Shown: positions 9,930-18,674, counted from the stretch's first letter. The stretch: DNA of 32,000 nt from Saccharolobus solfataricus (GCF_900079115.1 NZ_LT549890.1:1410001-1442000); one strand, 5' to 3'. A program made the numbers and translations. The notes: generated from the letters alone by a model not told the origin.

Positions 9930-11162
9930 TCATTCAAGAAGGAACCTGTATAGCGGTAGTACTTCTATATTAACTCCTTCTACTTGGATTTTCTCCTCTA
10001 GATCCCAAGTGATTATTAGTAATTTTTTAGCCTTAGTTAGTCTATAACCTTCAATGAGCCCTCTAATTTCCCTATTTTCAATTTTATCACTAGTATAAGT
10101 TACTTGTATTAACCTAGAGTTCTTTTCGTCATAAAAGTCAACCTCATAATTATTCCTCATATAATATAATTTCTCCTCACCTTGTAATTCCCTCAAGAGT
10201 TTTATAGCTACTAGATTCTCTATTATCCTTCCTTTATCCTTCCCTTTTATTGCTAAGTTTGAAACTATCCCAACATCAACCACATAAACTTTCTTGTTAT
10301 AAGTAAGTCTTTGCTTCAATTTTTCACCGTATCTAGGTATAAAAAAGGTCAAGTATGCTTCTCTTAACCCGCTCGCCCATTTCTCTACAGTCCTCTTATT
10401 TAATCCTAATATCTTTGCGATACTCGAAAGTGAAATCTCATTAGAGTAATAAGAGATTACAGTCCTCGCAAACTCTCTGAACTTCTCTATCTCCCTAATT
10501 TTATACCTACTTACAATATCTTTAAAGAGGATGTCATTGTAAATTACATTCACTTGTTCTTTCCCCAACATTAATGCTTCTGGAAAACCTCCAACTTCTG
10601 TGTATTTTTCCAATTCATTTTTTAACGTCGAAATAACCCTAGTTGAAAAGTATTCTACTTTCACCTCTTTATACTTTAAATATTCCTGAAAAGAAAAAGG
10701 GAAAAGGATATAATCGCTATGCCTACCAGTTAAATACGTAGCTAATTCTCCAGAAAGCATTTTAGAATTACTCCCAGTAATTATAAGCTTTTTAACATCC
10801 CTTAACCTTGAGACAAAAAGCTCCCATCCTTTTACGTTATGAATCTCGTCTAAAACTATATAATCTACATCAACACCATAAAGTTCGTAAATTGCTTGTA
10901 AAACCTTATTAAGATCGCCGATGTTAAGGTTATAAAATCTCTCATCGTCAAAGTTTACATAAGCGAATTTCTTTCTCTTGAGAAGAAGTAGGGAAAGTGT
11001 CGATTTCCCGGATCTTCTTACACCTAAGATTGCTAAAGCGTTTGGCACTTCTAAATACTTTAATAAGTTCGGTACGTCTCTTTCAACTAACTTCCTACTC
11101 ATTTTCTCTTCTAAGACATCCCTCTGGTCACTAAGAACTCTCTTTATTTCTTCAATATACAT
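9930..11162 (-). CDS. AAA-type ATPase of the COG1373 kind (AAA_14 plus DUF4143-like C-terminal domain)
   Basis: 410 aa. Walker A is GVRRSGKST and Walker B is YIVLDEIH. The C-terminal half looks like the winged-helix/DUF4143 architecture common in archaeal accessory regions. Confidence 0.8.
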   Translation of the reverse strand: MYIEEIKRVLSDQRDVLEEKMSRKLVERDVPNLLKYLEVPNALAILGVRRSGKSTLSLLLLKRKKFAYVNFDDERFYNLNIGDLNKVLQAIYELYGVDVDYIVLDEIHNVKGWELFVSRLRDVKKLIITGSNSKMLSGELATYLTGRHSDYILFPFSFQEYLKYKEVKVEYFSTRVISTLKNELEKYTEVGGFPEALMLGKEQVNVIYNDILFKDIVSRYKIREIEKFREFARTVISYYSNEISLSSIAKILGLNKRTVEKWASGLREAYLTFFIPRYGEKLKQRLTYNKKVYVVDVGIVSNLAIKGKDKGRIIENLVAIKLLRELQGEEKLYYMRNNYEVDFYDEKNSRLIQVTYTSDKIENREIRGLIEGYRLTKAKKLLIITWDLEEKIQVEGVNIEVLPLYRFLLE

Positions 11163-11183
11163 GGTATATTATACTGCACCAAG

Positions 11184-11390
11184 TTATTTAAAAGTTGGTA
11201 TATTATACTGCACCAAATTACCTCTTCCTACCAGTAGGAAGATTATGATAATAATTCCCATAGCCATGCCTATAATTGATCCTACAACCACGTAGTTAAT
11301 ACTTTCCACTAATGTTTCTTGAATAAGTTGATTAACAATTACAAATATCCAGAGCCAATTCAAAAGTATGGTAATATGGAAAGTATCCAT
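11184..11390 (-). CDS. Possible small two-helix membrane protein
   Basis: 68-aa hydrophobic ORF between the ATPase gene and an HD-domain gene fragment. There is no other support. Confidence 0.2.
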   Translation of the reverse strand: MDTFHITILLNWLWIFVIVNQLIQETLVESINYVVVGSIIGMAMGIIIIIFLLVGRGNLVQYNIPTFK

Positions 11391-11396
11391 ATTATG

Positions 11397-11663
11397 TTAT
11401 AATGGCAATTTTTTAATATTATCATCAAAGTTATTATCAGATTCTATCTTGTTCTTATCAATTTTATCAAAAATTTTAGATGCTATATAGTAAGTTCCTA
11501 AGGAATGTTCAAATCTTGTATGCCTTATGGATGGAAATACCATGTATGCCATTCCATTCTGAATTATATGCCTTAACCTCTGAAAATAAGGATTGTCACC
11601 TCACTTAGACTCAATTTTTATATTCCCATGTATAGGATCATTAATATACTTATACTTCTCCAT
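11397..11663 (-). pseudogene. N-terminal fragment of an HD-domain phosphohydrolase (dGTPase/SAMHD1-like) with an in-frame TGA
   Basis: My translation is [64 protein letters not shown]... It has the family signature DPIHG...FQRLR...HTRFEHSLG. The stop codon is at 11601-11603, and the ORF ends after ~88 codons against ~400 expected. Confidence 0.6.
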
Positions 11664-11702
11664 ATTCTTACCTTATAGATATATTAATTTTTAAATTAGG
11701 TA

Positions 11703-12135
11703 GGGGAGTGTTCTCATGCAGTCATCTTATTCGAGAAGTATTAGTAAAATTATATCATGCTAGAAACTTTTCACAATTAGTCGTTTCGATCGAGATGCAG
11801 CCAATGAATTAGAACATGAAAACAGCCTCTGAAAAAGGTTTATTTGCGAGGGTTATGAGATCTTTTGCAGTAGTATTAGAATGGATCTCTAAAACCCTTG
11901 CACATAAGTTTTTCTAAAATATACTTGCTTATAGTCTGAAGGGCAACAACATTTCTAAAACTACACAAGACCTTTCCGTATGATAGGAATAGAGTCTTGC
12001 CCTTTAAAGTCTCAGAAAGTATAATGTCTTTGTTCAGATTTCTATATCTTAAACGTTAAACGAGCGTTTTTCCATACTACTCCAATATTTTTACAAACAT
12101 TTTTTGAATCTCATGACTGTTTGAGAACACTCCCC
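11703..12135. mobile_element. 433-bp non-coding element bounded by 23-bp inverted repeats (non-autonomous IS derivative)
   Basis: GGGGAGTGTTCTCATGCAGTCAT at 11703-11725 pairs with ATGACTGTTTGAGAACACTCCCC at 12113-12135 (21/23 complementary). There is no ORF inside, and a third solo end lies at 9707. Confidence 0.5.
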
Positions 12136-12386
12136 CAATACTTTATATCATAAACCTCGAGGGAAGGAAGGATAACAACAAGAAGCTTAACTAAAAAGAG
12201 ATTATAACTTAATGAATAGATGCCATAATTTTTTATGGTAACGGAACATAAATTTCTTCATAGAATTATACTAAGCTAGACAATATTACGATTGACAGAA
12301 GATACTTAAATCCCCTCTTTACACCAAGTTACGCTGTTTATTCTTCACTTCTTCAAAAAAAGTTTCGTAGAAGAGGAAAAGCATAA

Positions 12387-13253
12387 CTACTTGATCACAT
12401 GAGAAGCTATAACTTCTACCCCTTCCTCTTCAAGTTTCTTCTTCACTTTCTCATCCACAAAGTTCGCCACAACAAATATCTTTATCTTCTTATTCTTATA
12501 CTTTGCAGAGAATAGCTTTTTTCTAACAATGATTTGATCATATGTCCCCTTATCCGCAAAATTCTTTATCTCAAACACATAAACATACTCATTCGTTTCA
12601 TAAAAGTCTACCTCAAACACTTTACCCTTCTCTATTACTCCCTCATCATCAACTATCTTACCGTGAGCCACCTTCTTAGGGTCAACACTATGAAGTTCTA
12701 AAGATTTTCTATAAAGCTTTAGCATGGCCTTCTCCATGCCCTTTCCTGCCCTATTAGTAAAACTACCCAACTCTATCGAAAGTTTCTTAACTTCCCGACC
12801 CAATCTAAGCACAGCCTTTTGTAATGCTTCAATGGCTTCTCCCTGCTTTTTGACCGCCTCTTGTAAGGACTGAATAGCCTCGGTATGCTTATTCACAGTC
12901 TCTTGTAAGGATTGAGTAACTTGCTGTAGTGCTTGAATAGCCTTCCCTTGTTCTTTGACCGCCTCTTGTAAGGACTGAATAGCCTCGGTATGCTTATTCA
13001 CAGTCTCTTGTAAGGATTGAGTAACTTGCTGTAGTGCTTGAATAGCCTTCCCTTGTTCTTTGACCGCCTCTTGTAAGGACTGAATAGCCTCGGTATGCTT
13101 ATTCACAGTCTCTTGTAAAGCCCTTATAGCTTCACTGTTTTCTTCTAATTTCTTTATCACAATTTCGTCTTTAAGCCTGCCGTAAATTTTTTCAGCTAAT
13201 ACTGAAAGCAACTGAGGATTATTAAGTAACTCGTCAATAATTTTCTCACTCAT
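12387..13253 (-). CDS. Coiled-coil protein with a C-terminal PD-(D/E)XK-like domain (DUF3782/DUF1626-like architecture)
   Basis: 288 aa. The 35-aa unit QETVNKHTEAIQSLQEAVKEQGKAIQALQQVTQSL occurs twice exactly and a third time diverged. The C-terminal FEVDFYE...VFEIKNF fits a D...E-x-K nuclease-fold motif. Confidence 0.8.
   Translation of the reverse strand: MSEKIIDELLNNPQLLSVLAEKIYGRLKDEIVIKKLEENSEAIRALQETVNKHTEAIQSLQEAVKEQGKAIQALQQVTQSLQETVNKHTEAIQSLQEAVKEQGKAIQALQQVTQSLQETVNKHTEAIQSLQEAVKKQGEAIEALQKAVLRLGREVKKLSIELGSFTNRAGKGMEKAMLKLYRKSLELHSVDPKKVAHGKIVDDEGVIEKGKVFEVDFYETNEYVYVFEIKNFADKGTYDQIIVRKKLFSAKYKNKKIKIFVVANFVDEKVKKKLEEEGVEVIASHVIK
12851..13118. repeat. 105-bp tandem repeat, about 2.5 units, inside the coiled-coil gene
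   Basis: tgaccgcctcttgtaaggactg recurs at 12851, 12956 and 13061 (period 105 = 35 codons). Units 2 and 3 are identical at the protein level. Confidence 0.95.
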
Positions 13254-13299
13254 ATTTGATTACTTTAAAAATGAGGATTATAAACCATTCGGAGCAATC

Positions 13300-13657
13300 A
13301 GAGGATTATTCTCTGTCAAGCTTTTAGACGACAAGATATTCCCTTTAGGTCTCATATTAGCTTAGAGAGGCAGTAGACTTGCATTTAGACTGGGTTGAGG
13401 TTGATACTGTTGATTCATTTCAAGGTGGGGAAAAAAATTTAGTAATGTTTTAGTGTTACTGCTACTAATCCTTAAATTCACTACAAATAAGCGTGTAGAT
13501 TAAGCGTAGCTTTCACACGACCAAAGTACAAACTAATTGTTCTGGGAAATGAGGAGTATATACTAAATTTAAAGGACGATAATTTAATCAAAACGTTTGT
13601 TAAGTATGCTTATAGTGAAAACAACGTATGGAGTTTTGATAAGGATTTTATACGTAA
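13300..13657 (+). pseudogene. Degraded C-terminal fragment of an SF1 (Dna2/Upf1-like) helicase
   Basis: VEVDTVDSFQGGEKNLVMF* is followed, after frame breaks, by RLSVAFTRPKYKLIVLGNEE...WSFDKDFIR. These resemble helicase motifs V and VI. The last codon and the stop (AAA TAA) lie beyond a MITE, at 13877-13882. Confidence 0.55.
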
Positions 13658-13867
13658 TGCTTTGTTGAATACTTCAATTTTCTAAGAGGTTAAGCTCATC
13701 AATTTTTCTTAAATTCGAAATCAAGCGTTGATTTAAAAGTAAACTCCACTAGTATTTTGGAAAAGTTCTTAGACTATAATCTAGTGGTATATCCTTTGCC
13801 TAAAGCTATAAACTTTCTGAAAGCACTAACGTTATCTCAGATAAAAATTGAAGAGATCCACAAAGCA
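13658..13867 (+). mobile_element. ~129-bp MITE (TGCTTTGT...ACAAAGCA ends) carrying a nested 79-bp MITE, with a 9-bp TSD
   Basis: TATACGTAA occurs at 13649-13657 and 13868-13876. The copy at 26550-26679 is its uninterrupted paralogue. Confidence 0.75.
13750..13828. mobile_element. 79-bp MITE (SM1 size) nested inside the 13658-13867 MITE
   Basis: It is absent from the paralogous position in the 26550-26679 copy (aaaatccac|gttaactc). AC flanks it at 13748-13749 and 13829-13830. It is near-identical to 7491-7570. Confidence 0.65.
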
Positions 13868-13917
13868 TATACGTAAATAACGTTTAAAGTATCAACCCTT
13901 TCTTGTCTTGATTTAAC

Positions 13918-14343
13918 TTATTTAATTTCGTTATACAGTTTGAGTGATAACTCATATACGTACTTTGCTGATTCTAATGCTTTTCTGCAATAACTTTCAG
14001 TATAAAGCTCTGTAGGAGGTATTCCTTCAACTTCGTCACCGTACATTGATGGTTCTCTCTCAGCCCTTAACCATCGTGAGATATAAGCTATATTTTCAGC
14101 TTCCTTTTTTAACCATGATGGTAATCTATCCATATTTTCAACTAATATCTTACCCGGATCGTGGATCTTTCCATACTCAATTCCCAATAAGCGTAAAATT
14201 GCTTTTATAGACAATTCAACTATTTCTTGTGAAGCTCTAACACAAAAAGCGTAATCCTTATCCTCATTAAGGCTAAGTTCCGCATACTTAATCCTTATTT
14301 TAGCTTCTCTTAAATAACCTTCAGCAATTTCCTTACTATTCAT
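13918..14343 (-). CDS. HEPN-domain protein (partner of the adjacent nucleotidyltransferase)
   Basis: 141 aa and all-helical. It has the AEGYLREA...A...LRLLGIEYGKIHD pattern of archaeal HEPN (PF05168-like) proteins. It overlaps the upstream MNT gene by 8 bp. Confidence 0.8.
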   Translation of the reverse strand: MNSKEIAEGYLREAKIRIKYAELSLNEDKDYAFCVRASQEIVELSIKAILRLLGIEYGKIHDPGKILVENMDRLPSWLKKEAENIAYISRWLRAEREPSMYGDEVEGIPPTELYTESYCRKALESAKYVYELSLKLYNEIK

Positions 14344-14803
14344 ACTTTATAACCTCTCCAGGTTTTACCTTAGTTAGTATCACATAATATATTCTCCCTT
14401 TCTTCTTCCTCACTGCACCTAGCTCCTCAAGTCTTTTTCTAACTCTCTCAAAAGTGTTTTTCATAACATCGTTTTTATCATAAAGTATCTTAGCATCAAA
14501 CACTATGTCAATGTATAGTGGTCTAAACTTAGTAGCTTTTTCAACATCAAGGAAAATTGGCGAAACGTAGGGATTATAACCCTTTTGCCTTAACTCCTTA
14601 TATACAGTGAGATCTAGGATCTTTTCTACTTCAAAGAATTTTTTGAATACTTCATATCTATCTTCAATTTTATCAAGAACTATAAGCAAATCAATGTCAC
14701 TATCTTTCCTCTGATCCCCTCTAGCATAAGATCCAAAAAGGACGATGGAGACTAAGTTGTCACCGTAAACTTTCAGAAATGCTTCAACAATCTCTTTTTC
14801 CAT
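14336..14803 (-). CDS. Minimal nucleotidyltransferase (MNT) of a HEPN-MNT pair
   Basis: 155 aa with the GSYARGDQRKDSDIDLLIV motif (G-S-x9-12-D-x-D of the pol-beta NTase fold). Confidence 0.9.
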   Translation of the reverse strand: MEKEIVEAFLKVYGDNLVSIVLFGSYARGDQRKDSDIDLLIVLDKIEDRYEVFKKFFEVEKILDLTVYKELRQKGYNPYVSPIFLDVEKATKFRPLYIDIVFDAKILYDKNDVMKNTFERVRKRLEELGAVRKKKGRIYYVILTKVKPGEVIKYE

Positions 14804-14855
14804 AGTAAAAGAGTACTGATCTACTAATTTTATTTTTATTGCCTTTGTAGTAGTT

Positions 14856-15003
14856 GAGTGCGATTCATGTGTCTTCTGCGAATTGTAATTTGTAAATAAT
14901 ACGTTGTAAAAATGTTAACATTTGGTAAGCATGTTTCTCTACTAATTAGTTATCTTCGTTTAGTTAATTTCGTAGCTTCTTTGAAATAAAGTGAGTTCGC
15001 AAT
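14856..15003 (-). mobile_element. Larger part of a ~165-bp MITE (SM4 size class) split by ISC1439 copy 2
   Basis: It aligns in reverse complement to 26047-26183. The rest of the element is at 16443-16468. Confidence 0.55.
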
Positions 15004-16442
15004 CAGTGGTGTTTCACCAATTTTACTCAAAATGATACAATTTCTATGGAAGAGAAAAATATCAGAGCGGAGTTAGAAAAATCGGCTTATTTCAACACAA
15101 GAAGCAAAAAATTTTCATATTTGTTGAAGAAACTAACAGAAAACGAGTTTATATATAAAGAGTAATACCATTTGTCTAGTATTATCAATAGAGGAAAGTA
15201 GGTGGAAGGACGAGATGAACAAGAAAAGGTTAAAGCGAGGGACTCCATAACTCCGTTATGCAAACCATGATATTACCCAAAACGGAGCTGAAGTCCCTCG
15301 CTATAACTTTAGCAACAAACAATATTAACGTTATCTCTCAAGATCTAGACCCGGAAATAGTGAAAGCAGCACCATCCTTGCTAACCGGAAACAGAGGAAA
15401 ATACTACTTGAAGGTAGTAAGACGAGGCGAGAAAGTAATTAGTAAAGGTCAGAGAACCTTCAAGTTCTACCCAATCTACAGAGAAGTAAAGGGAGAGATC
15501 AACGTAGTCGCTGTAGATGAGACCGGATTAACCGTGGGAGAAAAGGAACAAGAAAAAGCAGAGGGCTTTCTACTCTACAACTGGAAGAGAAAAGGAGTAA
15601 AGATGAGATCCTTGGACCTCGTATATCCCTTAAGGTTACCCCTCCTAGTGGAGGTAGCAGATTTGAGAAGCGACAGTCCATCACAGTTCCTACTCAGGAG
15701 CGTGAGGGAAGTAAGCCAATACATGGAAATAGATTACGTTGTAGCTGACGCCGGATTCTTGAACCTAGGGGTCATCAAGGAAATGCCCGTGAAGACCATT
15801 GTGAGAGGAAAGTCGAACTTGAAGGGATTCAAGGAACTATCTAACGTTCCATTAGTTGAGAAGAGATACGAGGTTAAGGACAAGGTTTACGTTGCGTATA
15901 GGGTCTTGAAATTTGAAGGGCTTTATTATTACGATGTGGTTTACGTTAAGGGAAAGCCGAGGCACTTTATGTTCGTGACGAACTTCGAGGGAGATCCCTA
16001 TGAACTGGCTGAACTCTATAGGTTGAGGTGGCAGGTTGAGGAGGGTTTCAAGGTTAGGAAGGCAAGGATAAGGTATGTTAGGAAGTTGAGTAATAAGATC
16101 TTCTTGTTCCTCTATTACACGGTTCTGGATTCTGCGTGGAATCTAGTGAATCATCTTCTCTTTAACTTCAAGTCCACGTGTAAGAAGGTTTTGTCCTTCG
16201 ATTCATTCGTCAAGCTTCTCTAACTTTCTCGGTGTTCAGAGGAGACTATGCACGTCGTTTTCACCACGTGAGAAAAATTCAGAATTCTCCTCTTATTATT
16301 AGAATTGTACGCTATATTTTTTGCAAATTACCTTAACATGTTATGTTTCATAATAATTTTATTGTTTTTCTCTATATCAATCTCTTTTTGAAAGGACTAA
16401 TATTATATCTTTCAAATGAAATAATTTGGTGAAACACCACTG
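15004..16442 (+). mobile_element. ISC1439 copy 2 (exactly 1439 bp), inverted relative to copy 1
   Basis: It has the same terminal repeats as copy 1. The 9-bp TSD GTTCGCAAT sits at 14995-15003 and 16443-16451. Confidence 0.9.
15258..16223 (+). CDS. ISC1439 transposase
   Basis: 321 aa. See copy 1. Confidence 0.85.
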   Translation: MQTMILPKTELKSLAITLATNNINVISQDLDPEIVKAAPSLLTGNRGKYYLKVVRRGEKVISKGQRTFKFYPIYREVKGEINVVAVDETGLTVGEKEQEKAEGFLLYNWKRKGVKMRSLDLVYPLRLPLLVEVADLRSDSPSQFLLRSVREVSQYMEIDYVVADAGFLNLGVIKEMPVKTIVRGKSNLKGFKELSNVPLVEKRYEVKDKVYVAYRVLKFEGLYYYDVVYVKGKPRHFMFVTNFEGDPYELAELYRLRWQVEEGFKVRKARIRYVRKLSNKIFLFLYYTVLDSAWNLVNHLLFNFKSTCKKVLSFDSFVKLL

Positions 16443-16468
16443 GTTCGCAATGGATATCTGAATCTCCC
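16443..16468 (-). mobile_element. Smaller part of the ISC1439-split MITE
   Basis: gttcgcaatggatatctgaatctccc is the reverse complement match of 26021-26046 (ggggaattcagataccaattgtgaac). Confidence 0.5.
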
Positions 16469-16511
16469 TCATTAACACTTCAGAAAAAAGTAAGATTCAA
16501 TTACCCATTAA

Positions 16512-16880
16512 TTAGATACTCCTCTCAACGTCTCTATACATATCTATAATCTGAATTAGCTGGTCCTTAGTAATTAGTCCTTTGTAATACATATCTATCG
16601 CATCTGCTATCTTAATTGATACACTTCTTATTCTCCGTCCTCTAGTTGCAAAATAAATTGGAACAAAGAATCCCCACCCTAAGACCATACCCCTGCTATT
16701 ATGTAACCATAGATGTCGGAGATGCTTGCAATTCCAGTTACCACTAGTTTACCCTCTACGAAAGAAAAATATAGATCCACTATTAGCGTCCCTACTAACC
16801 CTGCTATTAGTATAGTAATAAGTATTAGAATAATCCTAATTAACGGGTCTTTGATGAACTCTTTTGATAAAGGAAAGGCA
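16512..16880 (-). pseudogene. Remnant of a small membrane-protein gene that lacks a start and is frame-shifted, abutting the IS200/IS605 left end
   Basis: My minus-strand translation is ...KDPLIRIILILITILIAGLVGTLIVDLYFSFVEGKLVVTGIASISDIYGYIIAGVWS*. A shifted frame then gives MVLGWGFFVPIYFATRGRRIRSVSIKIADAIDMYYKGLITKDQLIQIIDMYRDVERSI* (58 aa, 16512-16688). Confidence 0.3.
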
Positions 16881-16939
16881 AGCCTCGCCTCTTCTAGGGG
16901 CGGGGTAAAGCTTTTAAACTCAGAATACTTTAAAGTGTT

Positions 16940-17341
16940 GTGGAACTAAAATCTACAAGACATACAAAGTACCTATGCAACTACCATTTCGTATGGATAC
17001 CAAAACATCGTAGAAACACATTAGTCAACGAAATCGCCGAGTACACTAAAGAGGTACTGAAGTCCATTGCAGAAGAACTCGGTTGCGAAATAATAGCCCT
17101 TGAAGTAATGCCAGATCACATACACCTCTTCGTAAACTGCCCACCAAGATACGCACCATCATATCTAGCAAACTACTTCAAGGGGAAATCGGCAAGACTT
17201 ATCTTAAAGAAATTCCCACAACTGAATAAAGGGAAATTATGGACTAGAAGCTATTTCGTGGCAACAGCCGGTAACGTATCCAGTGAAGTTATCAAGAAGT
17301 ACATAGAGGAACAGTGGAGGAAAGAAGGTGAAGAGGAGTAA
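16940..17341 (+). CDS. tnpA: IS200-type Y1 (HUH) transposase TnpA
   Basis: 133 aa. HFVWIPKHRR, MPDHIHLF (the HUH motif) and TRSYFVATAG (the catalytic Tyr) are present. Confidence 0.9.
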   Translation: MELKSTRHTKYLCNYHFVWIPKHRRNTLVNEIAEYTKEVLKSIAEELGCEIIALEVMPDHIHLFVNCPPRYAPSYLANYFKGKSARLILKKFPQLNKGKLWTRSYFVATAGNVSSEVIKKYIEEQWRKEGEEE

Positions 17342-18674
17342 CACTGTTAGGCTAGTAGTATCTAAAGAGCAACATGAAGTGTTAAAGAGGCTTGGTATAG
17401 CTACGGCTAAGTGTTGGAATGAGGTTAATTGGTTAAGGATGAAACAGTACAAGGAAGGAAAGAGAGTAGATTTTGGAATTACAGAGAAGGCAGTGTATGA
17501 AAAGTATAAGAGTGTGCTGAGGGTTAATGCGCAACAAGTAGCTAGGAAGAACGCCGAAGATTGGAGGAGCTTCTTCTCATTAACCCGTGAGAAGAAAGAG
17601 GGAAAACTACCCAGTTGGTTTAAACCGAGACCACCGGGTTATTGGAAAGATGGAAGATTAATCGTAATTATCAGAAATGATAGGTACACTGTGGATGAAA
17701 GGAATAGGGTGGTTTATCTTAAGGATTTTAATCTCTCATTGAAGTTTAAGGGTAGGTTAAAGTGGCATGGGAAACAGGGTAGGCTGGAAATAATTTACGA
17801 CGAGGCGAGAAAGATCTGGTACGCACATATACCAGTTGAAGTTGAAACTGAGAAAGTTAAGGAAGGAATAAAGGCATCTATTGATTTAGGTATTGTGAAC
17901 CTAGCCACGGTTTATGTTGAGGACGGCTCGTGGTACTTATTCAAAGGTGGATCTGCTTTATCTCATTACGAGAACTACAGTAAGAGAATTACTATAGTTC
18001 AGAAGACTTTGCATAGACATAGGCAGAGGAGGAGTAGAAGGCTTAAGTTGCTTCACGAGAAGAGGAGTAGGTTCCTCAAACACGCCTTGAACAGTATGGT
18101 GAGGAGGATAATGGAAATACTGAGGGAGAAAAACGTTGGTGAGGTGGTTGTAGGTTATCCTAAAGAAATAGCTAAACATCATGGGAATAAGCTGACTGTT
18201 AACTTCTGGAATTATTCGTATATAATAAAGAGGCTTGAGGATATTGGTGAGGAGTTGGGGATAAAAGTAATAACAGTGGACGAGGCATATACTTCTAAAA
18301 CGTGTTCCTTGTGTGGGGAAGCCCATGAGGATGGACGTGTGAAAAGGGGATTATTTGTGTGTCCCCGCACAAGGAAGGCAATAAATGCGGACTTAAACGG
18401 AGCAATAAATATTCTACATATCCCCGAGTCCCGAGGAAGCGAGGGCAACTTCCACAGAGGGATAGGGGTAATTGGGCTGAAGACCCAGCCCGTGACGTTG
18501 TCCGATTTGAGCAAAATTAAAAACCATTATAATTACAGCATTTCTGATTATACTATTCTTCATTATATTCAGCCATAAAGAATAATATAATATGTATTAA
18601 TAAGGGAAAATACAGATAATTGTACAATCTTGCAATAAAATTTGCCATAACAATAAGTAAACACGTAAACGAAC

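Noticed and set aside
11601-11603. The in-frame TGA in the HD-domain ORF as selenocysteine or programmed readthrough
   Set aside because: The ORF is also truncated to about a quarter of normal length, and I see no SECIS-like context. To my knowledge Sulfolobales do not use Sec. Simple pseudogenisation is the economical reading.
12851-13118. Tandem repeats (also 22303-22408 and 29701-29874) as CRISPR arrays
   Set aside because: The units are directly adjacent with no unique spacers. Two of the three are in-frame coding repeats. Unit lengths (105, 53 and 87 bp) do not fit a repeat-spacer architecture.
7620-16442. The two ISC1439 copies plus intervening DNA as a composite transposon that moved here as a unit
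   Set aside because: The outer flanks (AAGTGTTAA on the left of copy 1, GTTCGCAAT on the right of copy 2) do not match each other. Each copy has its own matching TSD, so these were two independent insertions.
16713-16949. 78-aa plus-strand ORF upstream of tnpA
   Set aside because: It is antisense to a more plausible hydrophobic membrane-protein remnant and runs into the IS200/IS605 left-end hairpin. It has no motif support.
17237-18514. Minus-strand ORFs 17237-17452, 17958-18326 and 18212-18514
   Set aside because: They are antisense shadows of tnpA and tnpB.
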